Assembly: GCA_017647405.1 (NCBI GenBank) | Contig: JAGCKR010000018.1 | Location: 5,056 to 69,055, forward strand | Length of the DNA: 64,000 bases | DNA from: Alphaproteobacteria bacterium | GTDB taxonomy: Bacteria > Pseudomonadota > Alphaproteobacteria > CAAHEQ01 > UBA3637 | Direction of reading: 5' to 3' | Shown: positions 25,659 through 35,500 of the stretch, in pieces | How the letters are laid out: each line of letters opens with the position of its first letter | Numbering within the stretch: position 1 is the first letter of the stretch | Program-made: the position numbers and the translations under genes | The notes under the pieces: generated by a model | Databases searched by the model: none | What the model was told of the DNA's origin: nothing | What the model saw: only the letters and a program-made list of their open reading frames with translations

Positions 25659-26309
25659 CTATTCTTTATCCAATTTCAGATGATAATAAGGAGAATTCTT
25701 TAAAAGCGGACGAATTTCTTTTTCAAACAAATCTTTTTCTTCCGGTGTTAAAAAAACAACCTCATTTTCACTCGCAGAATCTTTATCCCGAATCACGCCT
25801 CTGGATTTTAAAGTTTTCATGAAGTGAAACCAAACCGGTTCACCCAAAGAATAATTCATCCGAATTTTCGATATATTAAGATGTTCATAAACTTGTCTGT
25901 GCGAAAAATTATTGATATTTTTTCTTTTAATAAAAAAACTATCCCCGCTTATCCCATTTAATTGCCTAGCCGCTAATGTGTTTTCATATTGAAACTTTTC
26001 GCCATATCGTTTATCGTGTGACGGAATCACAACATGCGGATACTCATGGATTTCGCATTCTTTTCTCTTAGAACACCACTCATTCATAAAAGCAACAGAT
26101 CCATCATCTTTTTCATTTGAATGAATAATCACAATCCGATCAAAAACACCCTCAATTGAGTTTAAACAAGCTTCAATCGTTTGAATTTCATCTTTTACCC
26201 GAAGATAAGCTGATACAGTGTTTTTTTCTTCACATCTTGACTGTTCAGACGCAAATAATATATAAAATACAACAAGTAATGCATATTTATTAAAGCGAAA
26301 CTTTAACAT
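25659..26309 (-). CDS. Hypothetical secreted/membrane-anchored protein, possibly glycosyltransferase-family-2-like
   Basis: N-terminal hydrophobic segment. VSAYLRVKDEIQTIEACLNSI...IVIIHSNEKDDGS resembles the start of GT2 folds; this is a weak call. Confidence 0.4.
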   Translation of the reverse strand: MLKFRFNKYALLVVFYILFASEQSRCEEKNTVSAYLRVKDEIQTIEACLNSIEGVFDRIVIIHSNEKDDGSVAFMNEWCSKRKECEIHEYPHVVIPSHDKRYGEKFQYENTLAARQLNGISGDSFFIKRKNINNFSHRQVYEHLNISKIRMNYSLGEPVWFHFMKTLKSRGVIRDKDSASENEVVFLTPEEKDLFEKEIRPLLKNSPYYHLKLDKE

Positions 26310-26335
26310 AAAATTACCCCCCTTTAAGTTATAAA

Positions 26336-27019
26336 CTACCCTTCTTTAATCATTCCGTTATCAACACTGATTTGCCGATCCATCTGAAGCGCCAATTCAG
26401 GATTATGTGTTGCAATCAGGGCTGATAAATTTTTTTCCTTGACCAATTTCAACAATGTTTGAAACACTCCTTCGGCCGTTTTGGGATCTAAATTACCGGT
26501 TGGTTCATCGGCTAATAAAACATTCGGCTCATTTGCCAATGCTCTTGCAATGGCCACACGCTGTTGTTCCCCACCGGATAATTCACCAGAACGATGTTTC
26601 AAACGGTGCTTCAAGCCAACAAGATCTAATAATTCCTCAGCTCTTGCTTTGGCTTTTTTTTCATTTTGACCATTAATTAATTGTGGTAACATCACGTTTT
26701 CAAGCGCATTAAAATCAGGCAACAATAAATGATATTGATAAACAAACCCTATTTCTTTTCGGCGCAAGAAGGTTCTTTCTTTATCGGACGCCGAAGAAAC
26801 ATCTTTACCACCAACAAAAATTTGACCGCCACTTGGCTGATCTAAAAGACCGGTAATATGCAAAAGTGTTGATTTGCCGGAACCGGAAGGACCGACCAAT
26901 GCCGTAATTTCGCCCTTTTTAAGCGCAAAATTCACATCTTTTAAAACATCCAATCGCGTGTCTTTTTTCCCATAAAATCGACTGATACTCACCAATTCAA
27001 TTGCCGGATGATTATTCAT
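26336..27019 (-). CDS. lolD: Lipoprotein-releasing system ATP-binding protein
   Basis: Walker A GPSGSGKST, signature LSGGEQQR and Walker B LLADEP. It overlaps the upstream FtsX-type permease gene. Confidence 0.85.
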   Translation of the reverse strand: MNNHPAIELVSISRFYGKKDTRLDVLKDVNFALKKGEITALVGPSGSGKSTLLHITGLLDQPSGGQIFVGGKDVSSASDKERTFLRRKEIGFVYQYHLLLPDFNALENVMLPQLINGQNEKKAKARAEELLDLVGLKHRLKHRSGELSGGEQQRVAIARALANEPNVLLADEPTGNLDPKTAEGVFQTLLKLVKEKNLSALIATHNPELALQMDRQISVDNGMIKEG

Positions 27020-28256
27020 ATCTTAACGCCTCCACCGGATCTGTTTTACTTGCTTTATAAGAAGGATAAATCGTTGAAAGTAATGATAATACAAGACTCA
27101 TCACAACAACCATTGTCACTTCGCCCATTTCAACTTTTGCCGGCAATTTTGAAAGAAAATAAATCTCTGCCGAAAAAAGCTCTTTTCCGGACAAACCTTC
27201 CAAAAACTCTTTAATCGCATCTATATTTTCGCAAAAAAGCATCCCAAGTGCAAAACCTGCAAACGTTCCAACAACACCGATTGTTAACCCGGACATTAAA
27301 AAAATCCGTTGAACGGCACCTCTGCTCATTCCCATTGTTCTTAAAACAGCAATATCCTTTGTTTTATCTTGCACCAACATAATAAGACCCGAAATCATAT
27401 TAAATGCAGCCACAATAATGATTAAGGTTAAAATTAAAAACATCACATTGCGTTCCACCTCAATGGCATTAAAAAAGGCCTGATTCGTATATCGCCAATC
27501 TTGAATTTGCGCATCCCGACCAATCGATGAAAATGCTTCAGAGGCAATTTTTTCATAATCGGCCCCCTTATTTGTAAACACCTCTAAATGCGAAATTTTA
27601 TCCCCCGTTACAAAAAACTTTTTTGCTTCATCAAGTGGCATGAATAAGAAATTGGCATCATACTCACTCATTCCACTATCAAACACACCTAAAACAGTGT
27701 ATGCTTTCATTTTCGGAATGGTTCCAAACGCCGTGATATTGCCTTTGGGGGAAACAAGAGAAACTGAATCTCCCGGTCTTAACCCCAGACGACGCGCCAA
27801 ACGATATCCAAGAACAACTTGACTGTCCATAAACTCTTCCAAATCAATACCTTTATATGAACCACCCAATAATGGCCGTTTCATAAAATCTTCCTTCGTC
27901 ATCCCTCGAACCATCACACCAGCCGATGCTGCCTCAGAAGAAACCATCACCTGACCATCCACAACAGGAACCACATGCGCCACTTCTTTAATCTCTTGCA
28001 TGATTTTTTTCTTTTCGTCCCCATTTTCAAGATAAGGCCCAAAAGAAGGATAAACGCCTAACTGTCCATTGATACCCAAAACTCTTGTTAAAAGTTCCTC
28101 TTTAAATCCGTTCATCACGCTCATCACAATGATAAGCGTTGCCACACCAAGCATTATCCCTAAAAAAGAAAAACCGGCAATCACAGAGACAAACCCTGTT
28201 CTTTTTCTTGATTTCAAATAGCGAAATGCTAACATCCGTTCTGTTTTTGAAAACAT
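27012..28256 (-). CDS. lolC: Lipoprotein-releasing system permease (LolC/LolE family)
   Basis: MacB/FtsX architecture (TM1, large periplasmic domain, three C-terminal TMs) and conserved N-terminus AFRYLKSRK. Confidence 0.82.
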   Translation of the reverse strand: MFSKTERMLAFRYLKSRKRTGFVSVIAGFSFLGIMLGVATLIIVMSVMNGFKEELLTRVLGINGQLGVYPSFGPYLENGDEKKKIMQEIKEVAHVVPVVDGQVMVSSEAASAGVMVRGMTKEDFMKRPLLGGSYKGIDLEEFMDSQVVLGYRLARRLGLRPGDSVSLVSPKGNITAFGTIPKMKAYTVLGVFDSGMSEYDANFLFMPLDEAKKFFVTGDKISHLEVFTNKGADYEKIASEAFSSIGRDAQIQDWRYTNQAFFNAIEVERNVMFLILTLIIIVAAFNMISGLIMLVQDKTKDIAVLRTMGMSRGAVQRIFLMSGLTIGVVGTFAGFALGMLFCENIDAIKEFLEGLSGKELFSAEIYFLSKLPAKVEMGEVTMVVVMSLVLSLLSTIYPSYKASKTDPVEALRYE

Positions 28257-28335
28257 TTTTCATCCTTAAAAAAATAAAATATAGAAAAAAACTACTCGAG
28301 TTTTATCAAAAAAGCAAGTAAAAAGAAAACCTTTT

Positions 28336-28881
28336 TTACTCACGTTCCTTCCACCCGTCATAAAGCGGATAAACATACCTTATTTTATCATGCGCTTTCA
28401 TTTTTAACGGTTTTAACGGCGTGCAGTTTTGAATCATAAAGTTAAAAGAAACAAAATTAAGATCCGCAAAAAGATAATCTATGCGATCAACTTCAATCCC
28501 CCTGCTTTCTTTTAAATAATGCGCAAAAACAGAAGCAAGCGTAGAGGAAATATAGCGTTTTAATTCATTATCAGGCGCAAAAGGATAGCTTCTTTCATGC
28601 AAATATTTAGATTGAGGCGAAAAATTTTCATCCCACTCAACGGGAAAATCCGATTTATCTTCCTCTCTTAAATATTTTAAGAACAAACGCGTCATAAAAA
28701 AATGAAGCCGACGTGCCTCGGGATTCAAAGCCAAAACTGATGGCCGTTCGCCCCCTTTTGCCGGATACTTATATAAAAAAAGCATCTCAATGTTATATGG
28801 TTTCTTATTTTTGCAAACCATATCAAACATAAAAGGCATTTCCAAATGATGATATTCTGTTTTATGGATTCTTCTTGGCAT
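28336..28881 (-). CDS. Hypothetical protein
   Basis: 181-aa ORF with no recognisable domain. Confidence 0.5.
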   Translation of the reverse strand: MPRRIHKTEYHHLEMPFMFDMVCKNKKPYNIEMLFLYKYPAKGGERPSVLALNPEARRLHFFMTRLFLKYLREEDKSDFPVEWDENFSPQSKYLHERSYPFAPDNELKRYISSTLASVFAHYLKESRGIEVDRIDYLFADLNFVSFNFMIQNCTPLKPLKMKAHDKIRYVYPLYDGWKERE

Positions 28882-28973
28882 TTTAAACTTCTTCTAAAAA
28901 AGGAAAAATACACTGTTTTTCATTTTTTTTCAATAAATTTTTTGCAACTTTAAAAAAAATGGTATAATAAGAC

Positions 28974-29708
28974 ATGCGCATTTTAATCACATTATTATTT
29001 TTGATTTTATCTTTTTCTTCAATTAGTTATGCCAAAACATCTTATGGCGATGCCGATTCGCGAGCCTATCGTGTTCCTGAAAAATATTTTGATAATTTAG
29101 ATGAATTAACCGATTATCTTGTGAAACCCTATCAAAACAACGAAGAATTAAAAGCCAGAGTTATCTTTGCTTTTATTGTTTATCATATCCAATATGATAT
29201 GTATGAATATGAATCCGGATATGAATGGGAAAGAAGCACTGCCCCCGTTAATTCACATAAAGATGCTGAAAATCATTATTCGCATTTTAAACAAACGCCT
29301 CATGATACGTTAAAAAGAAGAAGCGGCGTTTGCCGACACTTAACAAATTTGTTTTTGCACATGGGAAAAAGAGCCGGTTTAAAAGTGGTTGAAATTGAAG
29401 GAACGGCAACGAATTTACCGCATGCCTGGAATGGTGTTAAAATAAAAAACAAATGGCATCTTTTAGATGTTACTTGGGCCGGCGGTCGCCTTTCCCTTCG
29501 AGGCATTAAAGATGATAAAAGTTATAAAAGAGCTTTAAAGATCAGAGAAAAAAAGATTAAAAGCGGACGCATCAAAAATTCAAAAAAAATCAATGAGGAA
29601 TGGTTTTTAAGCAACCCGAAAGTATTTATTAAAACGCACGTTCCTTATGATTTAAAATGGACCTTAATTGAAAAATATCAAAAAGCAAGTGGTGGGAAAC
29701 TACCTTAA
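28974..29708 (+). CDS. Secreted transglutaminase-like (papain-fold) domain protein
   Basis: Signal peptide MRILITLLFLILSFSSISYA. Putative Cys-His-Asp core: SGVCRHLTNLF ... HAWNGV ... LLDVTW. Confidence 0.7.
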   Translation: MRILITLLFLILSFSSISYAKTSYGDADSRAYRVPEKYFDNLDELTDYLVKPYQNNEELKARVIFAFIVYHIQYDMYEYESGYEWERSTAPVNSHKDAENHYSHFKQTPHDTLKRRSGVCRHLTNLFLHMGKRAGLKVVEIEGTATNLPHAWNGVKIKNKWHLLDVTWAGGRLSLRGIKDDKSYKRALKIREKKIKSGRIKNSKKINEEWFLSNPKVFIKTHVPYDLKWTLIEKYQKASGGKLP

Positions 29709-29764
29709 ATATATATAATATATAGAGTTAGAATAAAAAAAATCTGCTTTTTTTGCTTTTTTAA

Positions 29765-29793
29765 TTGACAGCAAAAACTCTTTCAAGTAGAAT
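29765..29793 (+). promoter_or_regulatory. Near-consensus promoter upstream of ihfB
   Basis: TTGACA (29765-29770), 17 nt, TAGAAT (29788-29793). Confidence 0.55.
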
Positions 29794-29825
29794 AAGCTCA
29801 CATTTTTTATGAAAGGAAGAAAAAA

Positions 29826-30104
29826 ATGATTAAATCTGAACTCGTGGCAAAATTAGCCGAACAAACAAATTTAACAAAAACAGATGCTGAAAACGTTGTT
29901 TCAACAGTGTTCAAAGAAATCACAAAAGCTTTAATTAAAGGTAATCGCGTTGAATTGCGTGGCTTTGGTGTTTTATCAGTTAGAGAACGCAAACCAAGAA
30001 CTGGTCGCAACCCAAAAACTGGTGAAAAAGTTGAAGTTTCATCAAAAAAAGTTCCATTCTTTAAGGCTGGAAAATCAATCAACGAAGCATTAAACAAAAA
30101 ATAA
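29826..30104 (+). CDS. ihfB: Integration host factor beta subunit (HU/IHF family)
   Basis: RGFG...RKPRTGRNPKTGEKV arm motif and MIKSELVAKLA N-terminus typical of IHF-beta. Confidence 0.85.
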   Translation: MIKSELVAKLAEQTNLTKTDAENVVSTVFKEITKALIKGNRVELRGFGVLSVRERKPRTGRNPKTGEKVEVSSKKVPFFKAGKSINEALNKK

Positions 30105-30119
30105 TTTAAAGGTTTTTTT

Positions 30120-30968
30120 ATGAACTGGCTCAACAGATTAACTCGTCCTACCGTTAAAAAAGCGGCAACTCAAAAAGAAATTCCAAATAATTATTGGGAC
30201 AGATGCCCTGATTGCGGTGCTATGTTGTTCCATGCTGAAATTGAAAAAAAGGATTTTGTTTGTCCTTATTGTGATCATCATTTCCGCCTGCCTGTTTTAA
30301 AAAGGCTTGAACTGCTTTTTGACAGAGGCGAATATACCTTAATTCAATTACCCAAGGTTAAAGAAGATCCGCTTAAATTTACTGATTTGGAAAAATATAC
30401 AGACCGGTTAAAAAAAGCCAGAAAAAAAACAAAACATGAAGATGCCATCGTTGTGGCCCATGGGTTCGTTGGTGGGCATGCAGCCGTTATTGGCGTCTTT
30501 GATTTTTCATTTATGGGTGGCTCAATGGGAACGGCCGTCGGAGAAGCAATTATTACGGCCTCCCAATTAGCCCTTTTACAAGAAGCTGCTTTAATTTTGG
30601 TACCAGCTTCCGGTGGTGCCCGTATGCAAGAAGGAATGCTTTCTTTGATGCAAATGGCCAGAACAACACTTGCCGTTAAAAAATTAAAAGCTAAAAAATT
30701 GCCTTATATTACCTTACTTTCCGATCCGACCATGGGCGGGGTAACGGCTTCTTTTGCCATGCTCGGTGATATTGCTTTGGCGGAACCGGGCGCCGCTATC
30801 GGTTTTGCCGGCAAGCGCGTGATTGAACAAATTGTGAGAGAAAAATTACCCTCTAATTTCCAACAATCCAGTTATTTATTGGATCACGGCATGATTGATC
30901 AGGTTGTTCACCGCAACGATTTGAAAAAAGTTATCACTAATATTTTAAATCTTTTACATAATCAATAG
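30120..30968 (+). CDS. accD: Acetyl-CoA carboxylase carboxyltransferase beta subunit
   Basis: N-terminal zinc ribbon CPDCGAMLF...CPYCDHH followed by the carboxyltransferase domain (GGSMG, GGARMQEG). Confidence 0.95.
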   Translation: MNWLNRLTRPTVKKAATQKEIPNNYWDRCPDCGAMLFHAEIEKKDFVCPYCDHHFRLPVLKRLELLFDRGEYTLIQLPKVKEDPLKFTDLEKYTDRLKKARKKTKHEDAIVVAHGFVGGHAAVIGVFDFSFMGGSMGTAVGEAIITASQLALLQEAALILVPASGGARMQEGMLSLMQMARTTLAVKKLKAKKLPYITLLSDPTMGGVTASFAMLGDIALAEPGAAIGFAGKRVIEQIVREKLPSNFQQSSYLLDHGMIDQVVHRNDLKKVITNILNLLHNQ

Positions 30969-31039
30969 CTTTTCTATTGACGGCACTCATTAGTAATCCT
31001 ATATTATTCTCGTTTCAAACAAAAAAGAAAGGGGAATCA

Positions 31040-32056
31040 ATGACTGATGTTTTATTTTTTAATGCCGATGATATTTTAGCCGATTATCTTCATAAGACCA
31101 AACAAAAAAAGATAACCCCCGTTCTTTTTAAAGAAAGCTTAAATCATATTGATGAAAAAGAGCTTGCTCCTTATAAAAAAGCTGAAATTATTTCTGTTTT
31201 CGTTCATTCAGAATCACTTGACACCGAAAGATTGGATTATTTTAAAAATTTAAAACTAATTGTAACCAGATCAACCGGATTTAATCATATTGATTTAGAG
31301 TATTGCAAAAAAAGAGGTATTGAAGTTTTAAATGTTCCCAGATATGGAGAAACAACCGTTGCTGAATTTTCTTTCGGTTTATTATTAAATTTAGCAAGAC
31401 ACATTATCCAAGGGCGAAACGGTATGGCGCATAACCATGTTGAAATCCCCTCCTATATGGGCATTGATTTAATGGGGAAAAGCATTGGAATTATCGGAAC
31501 CGGCTCCATTGGGCAACACATGATTAAACTGGCCCAAGGCTTTGGTATGAATGTATTAGCTTATGATTTGTATCCGAAAGAAGAATTAAAAGAATTATAT
31601 GTTTCTTCTTTAGAGGAAATTTATAAAAAAGCGGATGTGATTTCCCTTCATGTTCCGTCAACACCCCAAAATTATCATTTGTTAAATGAAAAAGCCTTTA
31701 ATCAAATGAAAAAAGGGGTTATCATCCTAAATACAGCCAGAGGAGATTTGATTGATACGGAAGCCTTATATATCGCCCTTAAAAAAGGGATTGTTGGCGG
31801 TGCCGGTCTGGACGTTCTTGAAAATGAAGACTTTTTAATTCATGATGATATTGAACTTAAAAATGAATTATTTAAAAACAATGACTTTTTGCTGGATTCA
31901 GCCCTTAATCTGAAGTTGTTGCAATTTAAAAACGTTATCGCCACACCGCATATCGCCTTTAACTCGATTGATGCTTTAAACAGAATCAATGAAACAACTT
32001 TAAAAAATATTGAGCTGTTTTTAAAAGGAAAAATTCAAAATTCCGTTTTAAAATAA
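31040..32056 (+). CDS. D-isomer-specific 2-hydroxyacid dehydrogenase (NAD-binding)
   Basis: GIIGTGSIGQ Rossmann motif, ARG..ID and TPHIAF catalytic-His region. ATG 31040 has an AAAGGGGA SD and is preferred over track start 30977. Confidence 0.85.
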   Translation: MTDVLFFNADDILADYLHKTKQKKITPVLFKESLNHIDEKELAPYKKAEIISVFVHSESLDTERLDYFKNLKLIVTRSTGFNHIDLEYCKKRGIEVLNVPRYGETTVAEFSFGLLLNLARHIIQGRNGMAHNHVEIPSYMGIDLMGKSIGIIGTGSIGQHMIKLAQGFGMNVLAYDLYPKEELKELYVSSLEEIYKKADVISLHVPSTPQNYHLLNEKAFNQMKKGVIILNTARGDLIDTEALYIALKKGIVGGAGLDVLENEDFLIHDDIELKNELFKNNDFLLDSALNLKLLQFKNVIATPHIAFNSIDALNRINETTLKNIELFLKGKIQNSVLK

Positions 32057-32076
32057 ATCTTGAGCCCTTTTCATTT

Positions 32077-35000
32077 TTAAGATTGAACGGCTTTGGCTAA
32101 TCCCGCAATTTTATTTAAAATAGCCTCAATCCCTTTTAACCGCTCTTCCTGATTTCTCCACGGTCGAATAACCGTTAGTTTTTGATCGGGCTTAATCTGA
32201 ATTGTTCCCATTTGCGACGTGATATATTGAATAAGACCGGCCGGATTTGGGAAAATATTTTGATAAAAACTGATTGAAGCACCTTTGGGACCAACATCCA
32301 AACGCTCAATATTCGCCCTTTTCGCCAAAATTTTAAGTTTCACCGTATCAAACAAATTAGCCACCTCTATCGGATAAGGACCAAATCGATCCATCAATTC
32401 AGCCTTAAATGAATCAATTTCCTTTTCATCCGAAATCTCCGAAATGCGGTGATAAAGTTCCATCCGAACATTTAAATCATGCACATAATTTTCAGGGATT
32501 AAAACTGAAAAACCCATTGAAATTTGAGGTGAAAATTCCGTTTCTTCCACCGACTTTGAAAACCCGTCTGACTTTAAAACAGATATGGCATCTTGAAGCA
32601 TTTTCTGATAAAGCGCAATCCCCACTTCTTTAATATGACCGGATTGTTCATCTCCCAAAAGGTTACCGGCTCCTCTGATATCCAAATCATGACTTGCCAG
32701 GGTGAACCCCGCACCCAACGTATCCAAATTCTGCATCACGGTCAATCTTTTTTCAGCCGTTGCAGAAAGCTTTTTAAAGGGAGGTGTAATCAAATAGGCA
32801 TAAGCCCTTAATTTCCCACGGCCAACGCGACCTCGCATTTGATAAAGTGCCGATAAGCCAAACATATCCGCCTTATGAATGATAATCGTATTGACAAGAG
32901 GCATATCTAAACCGGATTCCACAATGCTGGTAGCCAACAAAATATCATATTTATGCTGACTGAAATCAGACATAATCTGTTCAAGCTCTTTGGCAGGCAT
33001 TTGTCCATGCGCTTTCACAACTTTCATTTCCGGCAATAATTTTTTAAGCATTTCTTCCAATTCTGCCATATCGGAAATACGCGGACAAACATAAAATATT
33101 TGCCCACCGCGATAATGCTCTCTTAAAATTGCTTCTTTAATAATCACGGCATCAAACGGCATCACAAATGTTTGAACGGCTAACCGATCAACAGGCGGTG
33201 TTGCAATCACGGAAAGTGACCGTACACCAGATAAAGAAAGTTGTAATGTTCTGGGAATCGGCGTTGCCGTTAGTGTTAAAACATGAACGCCTTTTTGCAA
33301 TTCTTTTAACCGTTCTTTATGCGTTACACCGAAATGTTGTTCTTCATCCACAATCACAAGCCCCAGATTTTTAAATTTAATCTGTTTGGATAAAACGGCA
33401 TGGGTACCAATCACAATATCAACCGTTCCTTGTTCAATTTCTTTATGTATCAGCTTTGTTTTTTGAGATGAAACCAAACGGGATAATGCCGCAATCCGAA
33501 TAGGAAAACCTTTAAACCGTTTTTCAAACGTGGCCGCATGTTGCATAGCCAATAACGTTGTTGGCACCACAAGCGCCACTTGCAAACCGGAATAAGCACA
33601 TAAAAATGCCGTTCTCAAAGCAATTTCAGTTTTGCCAAATCCAACATCCCCACACACCAACCGATCCATTGGTTTTCCAAGAGACAGATCCGCTTCAATT
33701 TCTTGAATTGTTTTCAGCTGATCATCCGTTTCAACATAAGGAAACCGAGCGCAAAATTCCTGATAAATCCCATGCGGTGCCAAAATGCGCTCTTGTTGAT
33801 TGAGCTCTCTTAAAGAGGCCGTTTGAATTAACTTTTCTGCCATCGCAAACAAATCTTTTTTCACTTTATTTTTTCTGTTTACAAAGCTTTGCGACCCCAA
33901 ATGATCCAATGCCTGTGTTTGCGAACCAAATTTTGATAAAACGTCTAAATTTTCAACCGGAATAAAAAGCTTATCCCCGCCGTCATATAAAATTTCAAGA
34001 CAATCATGAACGTTATCCCCGATTTTTAACGGGACCAATCCCAAAAACTTTCCAACACCATGTGTTTGATGAACAACCAAATCATCCTTATTAAGCGCAC
34101 TGATATCCGCAATAAAATTAGCCGTCTTTACTTTTTTGGGTTTTCGGATAATGCGCTCTCCTAAAATATCCGTTTCGGTGATTAAAATAAAATCTTTTGT
34201 TTCAAAACCGGTTTCAAATGGGGCAACAATCAGCGCTGGTGATTTTTTTAACCCCTCCTTAAATGTTTCAGCAGAAAAAAGAGTTACCCCCTCCTCCCGA
34301 AGCAATCCCTTTAACCGCTCTGCGGATCCGAATGAGGCCGCACTAATCATTATTTTTTTCGTTGCATGATTTATATAATGAGCCACCTCTTTAAAAACGG
34401 CATTGGCATCTTGAAGACGCGTTTCAACAAAGCTTTTCCCCTTTACGGAACACATGTCTTCCTTATCCGGTTCCTTAAAGGGCGAAAATGTATAAAACTC
34501 TTTTTCTTGAAGAATAGTTAACAGCTCTTGGACTGATAAAAACATTTCTTCAACCGGTACCGGATTATATTTTTGAACTTCTTCTAAATAAGTTGATTCG
34601 GGCAATTCTTTTCGTGCCTGATAATATTCATGGATTTGCTCTTCTTTTGTTTCCAACGCCCGTAACGTTTGAAAATCAAATGAAATAGAAGCTTCCTCTA
34701 AATATGCAAAAAAAGGCACTAATTTTTCATGAAAAAGAGGCAAGAAATGCTCTAATCCAACAGTGAAAATTTTATTGGAAACAGCCTCATACACATAATC
34801 ACCGGTCACATTGAAAAATAATGATCGATAACGCGAGCGAAACCGTTTAATGCTTTCTTCTTCCAAATCAAATTCCGCCATCGGTTTTAAAGAAATGCGC
34901 TCAATCGATTGAATGGTTCGTTGCGTTAATTCATCAAATGATTTCAGTTCTTCCAATTCATCATCAAAAAAATCAAGGCGCACCGGATGAGACGCACCGG

Positions 35001-35487
35001 CCGGATAAATATCAATTAATCCGCCTCTTAAAGCATATTCCCCTTGATTCACAACGGTATTCACTGATTTATACCCGTTTTTAATTAAAAAAGATTTCAA
35101 TTTTTCAAAAGAAACTTTCATCCCTTTTGCTAACTGAAAAACAGAGCCTTTAAAATACGCAACCGGTGGCACTTTTTGCAAAACGGCGGCAGCAGTTGTT
35201 AAAATAAGCGTTTTTTCCTTCAAATCGCCATCTGCCAAAAAACAAAGCGTTTCAATGCGTTTTCCCTCAATATCGCATTTTGGTGACACACGGTCATATG
35301 GCACCGTATCCCATTCCGGAAAAGTTAAAACGGTTATTTCCGGCTCAACTTTTTCAAGAACTTCTTTTAAGAAAAAGAGTTGAACATCATTTGATACCAC
35401 ATGACAATGAAGCTTTTTTCCCTTTAAAAGCTTTTTTAAAACAAATGGCTGATATCCTTCTTGAATGCCACATAACTCTTTTTTCAT
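32077..35487 (-). CDS. mfd: Transcription-repair coupling factor
   Basis: 1136 aa with a UvrB-homology N-terminus, superfamily-2 helicase motifs (GDVGFGKTE, DEEQHFG) and a TRCF C-terminus. Confidence 0.95.
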   Translation of the reverse strand: MKKELCGIQEGYQPFVLKKLLKGKKLHCHVVSNDVQLFFLKEVLEKVEPEITVLTFPEWDTVPYDRVSPKCDIEGKRIETLCFLADGDLKEKTLILTTAAAVLQKVPPVAYFKGSVFQLAKGMKVSFEKLKSFLIKNGYKSVNTVVNQGEYALRGGLIDIYPAGASHPVRLDFFDDELEELKSFDELTQRTIQSIERISLKPMAEFDLEEESIKRFRSRYRSLFFNVTGDYVYEAVSNKIFTVGLEHFLPLFHEKLVPFFAYLEEASISFDFQTLRALETKEEQIHEYYQARKELPESTYLEEVQKYNPVPVEEMFLSVQELLTILQEKEFYTFSPFKEPDKEDMCSVKGKSFVETRLQDANAVFKEVAHYINHATKKIMISAASFGSAERLKGLLREEGVTLFSAETFKEGLKKSPALIVAPFETGFETKDFILITETDILGERIIRKPKKVKTANFIADISALNKDDLVVHQTHGVGKFLGLVPLKIGDNVHDCLEILYDGGDKLFIPVENLDVLSKFGSQTQALDHLGSQSFVNRKNKVKKDLFAMAEKLIQTASLRELNQQERILAPHGIYQEFCARFPYVETDDQLKTIQEIEADLSLGKPMDRLVCGDVGFGKTEIALRTAFLCAYSGLQVALVVPTTLLAMQHAATFEKRFKGFPIRIAALSRLVSSQKTKLIHKEIEQGTVDIVIGTHAVLSKQIKFKNLGLVIVDEEQHFGVTHKERLKELQKGVHVLTLTATPIPRTLQLSLSGVRSLSVIATPPVDRLAVQTFVMPFDAVIIKEAILREHYRGGQIFYVCPRISDMAELEEMLKKLLPEMKVVKAHGQMPAKELEQIMSDFSQHKYDILLATSIVESGLDMPLVNTIIIHKADMFGLSALYQMRGRVGRGKLRAYAYLITPPFKKLSATAEKRLTVMQNLDTLGAGFTLASHDLDIRGAGNLLGDEQSGHIKEVGIALYQKMLQDAISVLKSDGFSKSVEETEFSPQISMGFSVLIPENYVHDLNVRMELYHRISEISDEKEIDSFKAELMDRFGPYPIEVANLFDTVKLKILAKRANIERLDVGPKGASISFYQNIFPNPAGLIQYITSQMGTIQIKPDQKLTVIRPWRNQEERLKGIEAILNKIAGLAKAVQS

Positions 35488-35500
35488 TTAAAACCCTTTG

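Noticed and set aside
29807-30133. 108-aa ORF antisense to ihfB.
   Set aside because: The plus-strand ORF has the unmistakable IHF/HU motif together with a promoter and SD. The antisense translation is low-complexity.
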